A DNA stretch of 64,000 nt from Betaproteobacteria bacterium (GTDB lineage: Bacteria; Pseudomonadota; Gammaproteobacteria; Burkholderiales; SG8-41): contig JAQGNH010000392.1 of NCBI GenBank assembly GCA_028291945.1, positions 29,013 through 93,012 of the forward strand. Direction: 5' to 3'. A program made the translations under genes and the position numbers. Below the pieces are notes generated by a model, which worked only from the letters and a program-made list of their open reading frames with translations, was not told the origin of the DNA and did not search any database. Shown piece after piece: positions 56,017 through 64,000 of this stretch (positions are counted from its first letter, which is position 1; each line of letters begins with the position of its first letter).

Positions 56017-57456
56017 ATGCTGTGGCTCGCTTTGCGGTTTGCTTCACTGCCTCTGGAAGTTTACGCACGCGCCGTACGCGCGTCGGATCCGCTCGCTGTC
56101 GTCAGCTCGACCGGCACTCAGGCTGAAATCGTCGCGTGCAATGACTGCGCGCGCCGTCGGGGCGTCAAACAGGGCATGCCGCCCGCTGCAGCTTCGGCGC
56201 TCGCTTCCGATCTTCAGGTCGTTCCGCGCGATGTCGCAGCCGAGAGCGCTGCGCTCGAGCGTATCGCAGCATGGGCCATTCAATTCACGCCTGCGGTCAG
56301 CATCGCGCCTCCGGGCGAAGTCCTGCTCGAAATAGCAGGCTCGCTCGCGATCTTCGGTGGATTGAAGCGCTTGTGGCGCGAAGTGTCCGAGGGCTTGCGC
56401 GCGCTAGGCTATGCAGCCACGATCGCGTGTGCGCCCACACCGCTCGCCGCGCAGTGGTTTGCCCGCGCAGGATCGAGTGTGCGGCTGCGCAACAGTGACG
56501 CATTGCGTGCAGGCCTTGCGGAGTTGCCGATCGAAGTGATGCAGCCATCACCCGACGCGCTCGGGCTGCTGCAGAACATCGGAGCGAGGACTCTGAGCGA
56601 TTACCTCGCCTTGCCACGCGACGGCATGGCACGGCGTCTCGGCCAGGCGCTGCTCGATGATGTCGACCGTGCGCTTGGAAGACTACCGGACCCACGCCCC
56701 TTCTTTACGCCGCCTACTTTTTTCAAAGCATCACAACCGCTGCCCGCACCCGCGCAGGAAGCCGAAATGCTGCTATTCGCGGCGCGGCGTCTGCTCGTCG
56801 AGCTGTGTGGCTATCTCTCGGCGACGGCCAGCGGTGCACAGCGTCTGACGTTTTCATTCTCTCACCATGGACGCGAGCCCACACGCGTCACGTTGTCGCT
56901 CGTCTCCGCCACGCGCGATGCCGATCATTTGACCAATGTGCTGCGCGAGCGGCTCGAACGCACTGCGCTTCCCTGCCCTGCAACAGACATCGCGCTCGAA
57001 AGCGAGCTTCTTCTGCCGCTCGCGTCACGCAATCTTTCCTTGTTGCCAGACGCGGGACAGGACGAGGAAGCCGCAGCGCAGCTGATCGAGCGCCTGCGTG
57101 CACGGCTCGGGGACGAAGCTGTGCTGGGTCTCAAGCGCTTTGCCGACCACCGCCCTGAATACGCCTGGCGGCCGTGTCAACCGGGAAACAAAGACACGAG
57201 CACGGGTTTGGTTGCAGGACGTCCGCTATGGCTGCTCGCGCAACCGCGCTCGCTCGGCGAAGACGCTGCCGCACCGTGTTACGACGGACGACTGACGTTA
57301 CTCGCCGGACCCGAGCGCATCGAAGCCGGCTGGTGGGATGGCCATGACATCACGCGTGATTATTTCGTGGCGTCCAATCCGAACGAGGCGCTGCTCTGGA
57401 TATACCGCGAACGCGACCCGGGCGGCCGATGGTTTTTGCATGGATTTTTCGCTTGA
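56017..57456 (+). CDS. imuB: Inactive Y-family polymerase ImuB
   Basis: MLWLALRF, FTPAVS, LLEIAGSL..FGG, LRARLG, RPLWLL, GPERIEAGWWD, RDYF, WFLHG. Confidence 0.93.
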   Translation: MLWLALRFASLPLEVYARAVRASDPLAVVSSTGTQAEIVACNDCARRRGVKQGMPPAAASALASDLQVVPRDVAAESAALERIAAWAIQFTPAVSIAPPGEVLLEIAGSLAIFGGLKRLWREVSEGLRALGYAATIACAPTPLAAQWFARAGSSVRLRNSDALRAGLAELPIEVMQPSPDALGLLQNIGARTLSDYLALPRDGMARRLGQALLDDVDRALGRLPDPRPFFTPPTFFKASQPLPAPAQEAEMLLFAARRLLVELCGYLSATASGAQRLTFSFSHHGREPTRVTLSLVSATRDADHLTNVLRERLERTALPCPATDIALESELLLPLASRNLSLLPDAGQDEEAAAQLIERLRARLGDEAVLGLKRFADHRPEYAWRPCQPGNKDTSTGLVAGRPLWLLAQPRSLGEDAAAPCYDGRLTLLAGPERIEAGWWDGHDITRDYFVASNPNEALLWIYRERDPGGRWFLHGFFA

Positions 57457-57524
57457 AAGACAAGAAGCCTCAACGCAAAGGGACGCAAAGGAAAAACCAA
57501 GGACGCCAAGCGATGAAGGCGTAA

Positions 57525-57632
57525 CTCGTCACTATTAATCGTCACCCGTTCCCGGTCACCCTCACTCGTCACTCCGCTCCTCGTCACTTCGTCACCTGTC
57601 ACCGTCACCGTCACTTAGTTACCTCATCACCC
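57525..57632. repeat. Degenerate (C)GTCAC hexa/heptamer tandem repeat between imuB and dnaE2
   Basis: CGTCACCCG..GGTCACCC..CGTCACTCC..CGTCACTTCGTCACCTGTCACCGTCACCGTCAC. Confidence 0.65.
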
Positions 57633-57639
57633 CCACCCG

Positions 57640-60600
57640 ATGCTCCCCCTCCCCGCCTACACCGAGCTGCACTGCCTCAGCAACTTCAGCTTCCTGCGCG
57701 GTGCATCGCATGCTGAAGAGCTCGTCGAGCGTGCACATGCACTCGGCTACAGCGCGCTCGCGATTACGGATGAGTGTTCGGTCGCCGGCTTAGTGCGCGC
57801 GCATGTCGCTGCAAAACGCCTTGGACTGAAGCTCGTCATCGGCACTGAATTGAAGCTCGCGAATGGCGTCAAGCTCGTGCTGCTTGCCACTGACCGCGCG
57901 AGTTATGGACGGCTGTGTGCATTGATCACGTGTGCGCGCATGCGTACGCCGAAAGGCGAATATCGCGTCGAAGCGACTGACTTCGATGATGGCCTTGCAG
58001 GCTGTCTCGCTCTGCTCGTGCCGCAGGGCACGTCCGACCTCGAGCACGCGCGTTTCATCGCACAGCGTTTTCCAGGCCGCGCATGGATTGCCGTCGAGCT
58101 CGTGTCAGGCTCGAACGATGCCGCGCGATTCGCTGCGATGCGCGAGCTGAGCGCGCAATGCGGATTGCCGCTCGTTGCAGCCGGCGACGTGCACATGCAC
58201 GTGCGCTCGCGCCGGCCGCTGCAAGATGTGCTCACGGCGATCCGTCTCGGCGTCAGCGTGCATACGGCAGGCGATGCGCTGCACCCGAACGCCGAGCGCC
58301 ATCTGCGACGTCGCGTGCAGCTCGCATCGACCTACCCTGCCGAGCTTCTGGCCGAGACCGGGCGCATCGCCGAACGCTGCGATTTCCAGCTCGATGCGCT
58401 GCGTTACGAATATCCCGCCGAGCTCGTTCCAGCAGGTCACACTGCGACGAGCTATCTGCGAGAGCTCACCGAAGCCGGTTTGAAATGGCGCTTCCCGCGA
58501 GGCACGCCTCAAAACGTGCGCGAACTGGTGGAACATGAGCTCGCGCTCATTTCCGAGCTCGAATACGAACATTTTTTTCTGACTGTCTACGATGTGGTGA
58601 GTTACGCCCGCAGCAAACACATCCTGTGTCAGGGACGCGGCTCCGCAGCCAATTCCGTGGTTTGCTACAGCCTCGGCATCACCGAGGTCGATCCCGCACG
58701 CAGAAATGTGCTGTTCGAGCGCTTCATTTCACGCGAGCGCAAAGAACCGCCGGATATCGATGTCGACTTCGAGCATCAGCGGCGCGAAGAAGTGATTCAG
58801 TACGTGTACGAAAAGTATGGACGTAACCGTGCGGCCATCGCTGCGACCGTCATCTGCTATCGGCCGCGCAGCGCGGTGCGGGACGTAGGCAAAGCGCTGG
58901 GACTCGAGCTCGCTCAGGTTGATCGTCTGGCCAAATCGCTGGCGTGGTGGGATAGCCGGCATGCGATACCGGACCGCCTGCGTGAAGCCGGCTTCGATCC
59001 AGAAAGCGCAGTCATGGTCCATCTCGTCGAGCTGGTGACGACAGTCATAGGATTTCCCCGCCACCTGTCCCAGCACGTCGGCGGTTTCGTCATCTCACGC
59101 GGGCCGCTCGCGGAGCTCGTGCCGATTGAAAACGCGGCGATGCCGGCACGCAGCGTGATCCAGTGGGATAAAGACGATCTCGAAGCACTCGGCCTTCTCA
59201 AAGTTGACGTGCTCGCGCTGGGCATGCTCTCGGTTATTCGGCACGCGCTCGAATTCGTCGACCCCGGACGCAAACCCGCCGCGACGATGGCCGCAATCGT
59301 CGACCGCGGAGACGATCCTAAAGTGTTCGAGATGATCCAGCATGCCGATACGATAGGCGTGTTCCAGATCGAGTCGCGGGCGCAAATGTCCATGCTGCCA
59401 CGTCTGAAGCCCACGGAGTTCTACGATCTCGTCATCGAGATTGCAATCGTGCGCCCGGGCCCCATTCAGGGTGGCATGGTGCATCCCTATCTGCGCCGCA
59501 AACAGGGTCTCGAACCGACGAGCTATCCGTCGGAAGCCGTCAGGAAAGTGCTCGAGCGCACGCTTGGCGTGCCGATTTTCCAGGAGCAGGTCATGGAACT
59601 GGCGATGGTCGCCGCTGATTTCACTGCGGGCGAAGCGGATCAACTACGCCGCGCGATGGCCGCATGGAAACGCAAAGGCGGGCTCGAGCCGTTCGAGCGC
59701 AGGCTGCGCGAAGGCATGCTGAAGAATGGATACACCGAGGAATTTGCCGAGCGTGTCTTCAGCCAGATCTGTGGATTCGGCGAATATGGATTTCCCGAAT
59801 CGCATTCGGCAAGCTTCGCGCTACTCGCTTATGTCTCAGCATGGATCAAGCATTATGAGCCGGCGGCTTTTCTCGCTGCATTGTTGAACAGCCAGCCGAT
59901 GGGCTTTTACTCGCCTTCGGTGCTCGTTCAGGATGCGCAGCGCCATGGCGTCGAAGTGCGTCCGGTCGACGTCACGATCAGCGTGTGGGACTGCACACTC
60001 GAACGCGCCGGCGACAACAAGCCGGCAGTGCGTCTCGGCTTACGCATCATCAAAGACATGACGAAAGTGGGGGCGGAGCGTATCGAAGATGCACGCAAAC
60101 AAGGTTTATTCGAGGACGTCAGCGATCTCGCACGGCGCGCCGCGCTGAACCGCCGCGATCTGGCCCATCTTGCAGCCTCGGGCGCGCTCACGATGCTCGC
60201 AGGGCATCGACGCAATGCGCATTGGGCCGTGGCGGGCGCAATAAGCGAGCCGCATCTCTTACGCGATGCACCCGTGCAGGAATCGCTGCCCTTACTCCAA
60301 ACTCCAACCGAAGGCGAGAACATCATCGCCGACTATCGCAGCCTCGGTCTGACACTGGGCCGCCATCCGCTTGCGTTACTGCGCAAGCGTCTGCAACGCA
60401 TGCGCCTTGCGAGTGCCGAAGAGCTCAAGGCGATGCCTGATGGAAGGCCGGCAAAGACAGCAGGTATTGTCACGTGCCGACAACGCCCCGGAACCGCGCA
60501 AGGCGTCATTTTCGTCACGATCGAAGACGAGACGGGTTATACCAACGTCGTTGTCTGGAACGATCTCGTGGAGAGGCAGAGAAAAGAGCTGCTCGGTGCG

Positions 60601-60726
60601 CGGCTGCTCGGCGTGGAAGGCTACATGCAGAAAGCAGGGGGAGTGATCCACCTCATCGCGCGTCGTCTAGTCGATCACAGTCCGCTGCTGGGAAGACTGC
60701 TGACGGAGTCACGCGACTTTCATTAA
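57640..60726 (+). CDS. dnaE2: Error-prone DNA polymerase DnaE2 (ImuC)
   Basis: [18 protein letters not shown] domain, [25 protein letters not shown]-terminal SRDFH signature. Confidence 0.97.
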   Translation: MLPLPAYTELHCLSNFSFLRGASHAEELVERAHALGYSALAITDECSVAGLVRAHVAAKRLGLKLVIGTELKLANGVKLVLLATDRASYGRLCALITCARMRTPKGEYRVEATDFDDGLAGCLALLVPQGTSDLEHARFIAQRFPGRAWIAVELVSGSNDAARFAAMRELSAQCGLPLVAAGDVHMHVRSRRPLQDVLTAIRLGVSVHTAGDALHPNAERHLRRRVQLASTYPAELLAETGRIAERCDFQLDALRYEYPAELVPAGHTATSYLRELTEAGLKWRFPRGTPQNVRELVEHELALISELEYEHFFLTVYDVVSYARSKHILCQGRGSAANSVVCYSLGITEVDPARRNVLFERFISRERKEPPDIDVDFEHQRREEVIQYVYEKYGRNRAAIAATVICYRPRSAVRDVGKALGLELAQVDRLAKSLAWWDSRHAIPDRLREAGFDPESAVMVHLVELVTTVIGFPRHLSQHVGGFVISRGPLAELVPIENAAMPARSVIQWDKDDLEALGLLKVDVLALGMLSVIRHALEFVDPGRKPAATMAAIVDRGDDPKVFEMIQHADTIGVFQIESRAQMSMLPRLKPTEFYDLVIEIAIVRPGPIQGGMVHPYLRRKQGLEPTSYPSEAVRKVLERTLGVPIFQEQVMELAMVAADFTAGEADQLRRAMAAWKRKGGLEPFERRLREGMLKNGYTEEFAERVFSQICGFGEYGFPESHSASFALLAYVSAWIKHYEPAAFLAALLNSQPMGFYSPSVLVQDAQRHGVEVRPVDVTISVWDCTLERAGDNKPAVRLGLRIIKDMTKVGAERIEDARKQGLFEDVSDLARRAALNRRDLAHLAASGALTMLAGHRRNAHWAVAGAISEPHLLRDAPVQESLPLLQTPTEGENIIADYRSLGLTLGRHPLALLRKRLQRMRLASAEELKAMPDGRPAKTAGIVTCRQRPGTAQGVIFVTIEDETGYTNVVVWNDLVERQRKELLGARLLGVEGYMQKAGGVIHLIARRLVDHSPLLGRLLTESRDFH

Positions 60727-61256
60727 TCGTCGGCGACTTCTTCGCCGGGGAAAAGCTCTGCGGTGAAACCAAAGGTGCGCATATCGCGTATCCGCATCGG
60801 GTACAGGATGCCCAGCAGATGATCGACTTCATGCTGCACCACGCGCGCGTGAAAGTCGGTCACCGTGCGGTCGATCGGCTTTCCGTACGGATCGACGCCG
60901 CGGTAACGCAAATGCTTGTATCGCGGCACGACCCCGCGCATGCCAGGAACGGAAAGGCACCCTTCCCAGCCCTCCTCCATCTCATCGCCGATCGGCTCGA
61001 GCTCGGGATTGATCAAGACGGTATACGGGACCGGTTCTGCTTCCGGATAGCGGGGGTTGAAGTCGAGACCGAAGATAACGACCTGCAACCCGACGCCGAT
61101 CTGCGGCGCCGCGAGTCCCGCACCACTGAGCTCACGCATGGTGTTCTGCATGTCGCCAACAAGCTCGTGAAGCTCGGGCGTGTCGAATGCTTCAACGCGC
61201 TGTGCGACGTTCAGCAAACGCGGATCGCCCATGCGCAACACGGGCCTAACGGCCAT
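60723..61256 (-). CDS. def: Peptide deformylase
   Basis: [25 protein letters not shown]. Confidence 0.97.
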   Translation of the reverse strand: MAVRPVLRMGDPRLLNVAQRVEAFDTPELHELVGDMQNTMRELSGAGLAAPQIGVGLQVVIFGLDFNPRYPEAEPVPYTVLINPELEPIGDEMEEGWEGCLSVPGMRGVVPRYKHLRYRGVDPYGKPIDRTVTDFHARVVQHEVDHLLGILYPMRIRDMRTFGFTAELFPGEEVADD

Positions 61257-61992
61257 CGAGCGTCACCAGGTAGTCGAGGATCTTGTGCACCCGGGTAAGG
61301 GCTCCGCGTGACACCGTGTTGATATCGGCCAGCTTGATGCCTGCCGCGCTGTCACCGCGCCCCGCGGCGTGATTGACGACCACCGCGATCGCTGCGTAAC
61401 AAAGGCCAAGCTCGCGTGCGAGACCTGCTTCCGGCATACCGGTCATGCCCACCATGTCAGCCCCGTCGCGCTCGAAGCGGTTGATCTCCGCTGCGGTTTC
61501 GAGCCGCGGGCCCTGGCTCGCCGCATACGTTCCGCCCTCGAGCAGCGGCTCTGCCGCCTGTTTCGCCGCCTGCAGCAGGCGCTGCCGCAATGCCTCGCAA
61601 TAGGGATGCGTGAAATCGACGTGTACCACGCTGCGATCGGTGCCGTTGAAATACGTGAACTCGCGACCGTGCGTGTAATCGATGATCTGATCAGGTATCG
61701 CGAGCGTGCCCGGCGTAAGGTCGGCCCGTATGCCGCCCACCGAAGCAACTGCGACTACATATTTAACCGGGTACTGCGAGAGCGCCCACATGTTCGCCCT
61801 GTAGTTGACCTTGTGCGGCGGTATCGTATGCCCGTAGCCGTGCCGCGCCAGAAATGCCACTGACTCGCCGCGCATCGTTCCGAACGTGATCGCGCCTGAA
61901 GGATCGCCATAAGGCGTCCGCACTACTTCTCGCCGTACCACATCGAGGTTGGCAAGCTGCGTGAGACCGGTGCCGCCGATGATGGCTAACAT
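61246..61992 (-). CDS. mtnP: S-methyl-5'-thioinosine/thioadenosine phosphorylase
   Basis: [43 protein letters not shown]. Confidence 0.9.
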   Translation of the reverse strand: MLAIIGGTGLTQLANLDVVRREVVRTPYGDPSGAITFGTMRGESVAFLARHGYGHTIPPHKVNYRANMWALSQYPVKYVVAVASVGGIRADLTPGTLAIPDQIIDYTHGREFTYFNGTDRSVVHVDFTHPYCEALRQRLLQAAKQAAEPLLEGGTYAASQGPRLETAAEINRFERDGADMVGMTGMPEAGLARELGLCYAAIAVVVNHAAGRGDSAAGIKLADINTVSRGALTRVHKILDYLVTLDGR

Positions 61993-61999
61993 TTCTTCT

Positions 62000-62125
62000 T
62001 GAATGCGAAATGATGAACGATGAATGATGAATAGCGAACGAGAGCGACGCGCGCGTTCACGGCCCTAATGCCAAACAGGCAGGCAGCAAATTTTACCCTC
62101 CGCATTTCCGCATCCATCATTCACC
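62000..62125. repeat. Heptamer (GAATGAT-like) repeats between hpt and mtnP
   Basis: AATGATGAACGATGAATGATGAAT ... CCGCATTTCCGCATCCATCATTCA. Confidence 0.55.
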
Positions 62126-62683
62126 AGTCATCATTTCATCTCGAAGCGCATAGATCGCGGGCAGGTTCCGCCATGCGCCGTAGACGTCCATTCCGAAGCC
62201 GAATACGTACCTGTTGGGAACGGTGATCCCGACAAAGTCCGCGACGATCGGTTTAGGACGTCCGAGGTCCTTCTGTGCGAACACGGCGCTGTAAAACTCC
62301 GTCGCGCCTGCGTCGAGGAGCTTCTGCCGTACGGCTGCGAGCGTGTGGCCTTCGTCGAGAATATCATCGACGACGAGCACGATCCGGCCGGCTACAGCGG
62401 TGCCTGGGCTCACCTTCCAGGTGATCTCACCGCCCACGGTGGCCGTACCGTAGCGCGTCACATCGAGATAATCGAAATGCAGCGGAAAACGCAGTTGCGG
62501 CAGCAAGTGTCCGGCGAACATGACACTGCCGCGCATCACGCCGAGCACGAGCGGATGACTGTCCTTGAGCTTCGCGCTCACTTCCGCCGCGACTCGGGTA
62601 ACCTCTGCAGCCACGCATTCAGCGGAACAGACTTCTTCGGCCGTTTCGAGTATGCGCCAGGCTTGTTCGGGCGTCGCCTTCAA
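62117..62683 (-). CDS. hpt: Hypoxanthine-guanine phosphoribosyltransferase
   Basis: VLVVDDILDEGHTL PRPP motif, YVFGFGMD, RNLPAI. Confidence 0.93.
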   Translation of the reverse strand: MKATPEQAWRILETAEEVCSAECVAAEVTRVAAEVSAKLKDSHPLVLGVMRGSVMFAGHLLPQLRFPLHFDYLDVTRYGTATVGGEITWKVSPGTAVAGRIVLVVDDILDEGHTLAAVRQKLLDAGATEFYSAVFAQKDLGRPKPIVADFVGITVPNRYVFGFGMDVYGAWRNLPAIYALRDEMMTGE

Positions 62684-62753
62684 TGGCTGATGTGACGAAC
62701 GGTTCGTTACTAAGATGCGCCCAACTATATCAGCGCACGGATGACGCTGCGCG

Positions 62754-63635
62754 CTATTCCGGAACCCGGCAGCCCATTGATTTGAGATAGCCGCGAAACT
62801 CGGCCCCTATTTCGGGATGCTTGACGGCAAACGCAAGATTGGCCTTGAGGTAATCGAGCTTGCTCCCGCAATCGTAGCGCACACCTTCGAACTCGTACGC
62901 AAACACATCCTCGTCCGCAAGCAGTGCGGCAATCGCATCGGTCAGCTGGATCTCTCCGCCCGTCCCAGGCGTCTGGTGCTGAAGGTGATGGAAGATGCGC
63001 GGCGTCAGGATGTACCGACCGACCACGCCGAGCCTGGAAGGCGCCTTCTCCGGATCCGGTTTCTCGACGATACCACCGATGCGATGCGGCGATTTCGACT
63101 GCTCTTCAACGCGTACGATGCCGTAGCGTTTGGTTTCATCGCGGCCTACGTTTTGGACTGCCAGGATCGAACGGCCGCAGCGGCCGTAGATCGAAGTCAT
63201 TTGCGAGAGCACCGGCGTTTGGGCATCGATCAGATCGTCCGCAAGCACGACAGCAAAAGGTTCCTCGCCGACAACGGGAAGGGCGCACAGGACCGCATGC
63301 CCGAGCCCGAGCGCCTGCGGCTGCCTCACGTAGACGCACGACACGTTCCTGGGAATGATCTCCTGAACGATCTGCAGCAAATCCGTTTTGCCTCGCTGAC
63401 TCAGCTCTGCTTCGAGCTCCGTCGCCTTGTCGAAATGGTCTTCGATCGCACGCTTGCCGCGTCCCGTGATGAAAATCATCTCTGTCATGCCGGCCGCGAC
63501 CGCTTCTTCAACCGCATACTGAATAAGAGGCTTGTCGACCACCGGCATCATTTCCTTCGCACTGGCCTTGGTCGCCGGCAGGAACCGCGTTCCCATTCCC
63601 GCCACTGGGAATACTGCTTTCGTCACTTCGTTCAT
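62754..63635 (-). CDS. galU: UTP-glucose-1-phosphate uridylyltransferase
   Basis: [44 protein letters not shown]. Confidence 0.98.
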   Translation of the reverse strand: MNEVTKAVFPVAGMGTRFLPATKASAKEMMPVVDKPLIQYAVEEAVAAGMTEMIFITGRGKRAIEDHFDKATELEAELSQRGKTDLLQIVQEIIPRNVSCVYVRQPQALGLGHAVLCALPVVGEEPFAVVLADDLIDAQTPVLSQMTSIYGRCGRSILAVQNVGRDETKRYGIVRVEEQSKSPHRIGGIVEKPDPEKAPSRLGVVGRYILTPRIFHHLQHQTPGTGGEIQLTDAIAALLADEDVFAYEFEGVRYDCGSKLDYLKANLAFAVKHPEIGAEFRGYLKSMGCRVPE

Positions 63636-63654
63636 CAAGCCAACTTTCTATTTA

Positions 63655-63853
63655 GCGGCATCGCCGCATAAGCACGTCTCTGCGCCCATACCAAACCAGT
63701 GGCGTAGAGTTGATTGTATCCGGCGGCCGTAACCGCTTTAGCAGGCCTTCGCCCAGAGCGAGGGTGGGAGCGCCGTAGCGTCATTGTACCCGGCGGCCGT
63801 AGCCGCATAAGCGCGTCTTCGCCCCCGAAGCGTAGCGAAGGAGCGGCGTAGAT
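63655..63853. repeat. ~70 bp tandem repeat (3 degenerate units) between ligA and galU
   Basis: GCGGC(CGTA)(G/A)CCGC(ATA)AGC..GTCTTCGCCC-like unit at 63655, 63723, 63793. Confidence 0.75.
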
Positions 63854-63854
63854 C

Positions 63855-64000
<146 letters not shown>

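Overview
Chromosomal segment of a GC-rich betaproteobacterium, inferred from gene order and protein style. It is mostly housekeeping genes: folD'-ftsB-eno-kdsA-pyrG-ppsA/ppsR; the rpsB-tsf-pyrH-frr-uppS-cdsA-dxr-rseP-bamA-skp-lpxD-fabZ-lpxA-lpxB cluster; map-glnD; guaB-guaA-tadA; smpB/ratA/ratB; dksA; rimP-nusA-infB-rbfA-truB-rpsO-pnp; a lexA-imuA-imuB-dnaE2 cassette with an SOS box; and def-mtnP-hpt-galU-ligA'. Two accessory features stand out. (1) A divergent senA/senB (selenoneine) pair sits where rnhB normally lies between lpxB and a TrmH gene, while a divergent rnhB is found 27 kb away beside smpB. (2) A ~5.3 kb element is integrated in tRNA-His (39744-45089). It encodes a phage-type integrase with overlapping excisionase, a second tyrosine recombinase (Integrase_1-like) and a Tgs1/RsmD-like methyltransferase, and it has a 1.7 kb non-coding region. 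About 840 bp of that region (41708-42546), upstream of the second recombinase, is a nearly continuous chain of ~20 different stem-loops whose G-T wobbles favour folding of the + strand. An inverted pair of dif-like sites lies further upstream. This structured array plus recombinase is the best candidate for an undescribed system. All calls come from reading the sequence by eye; no database searches or folding programs were run.
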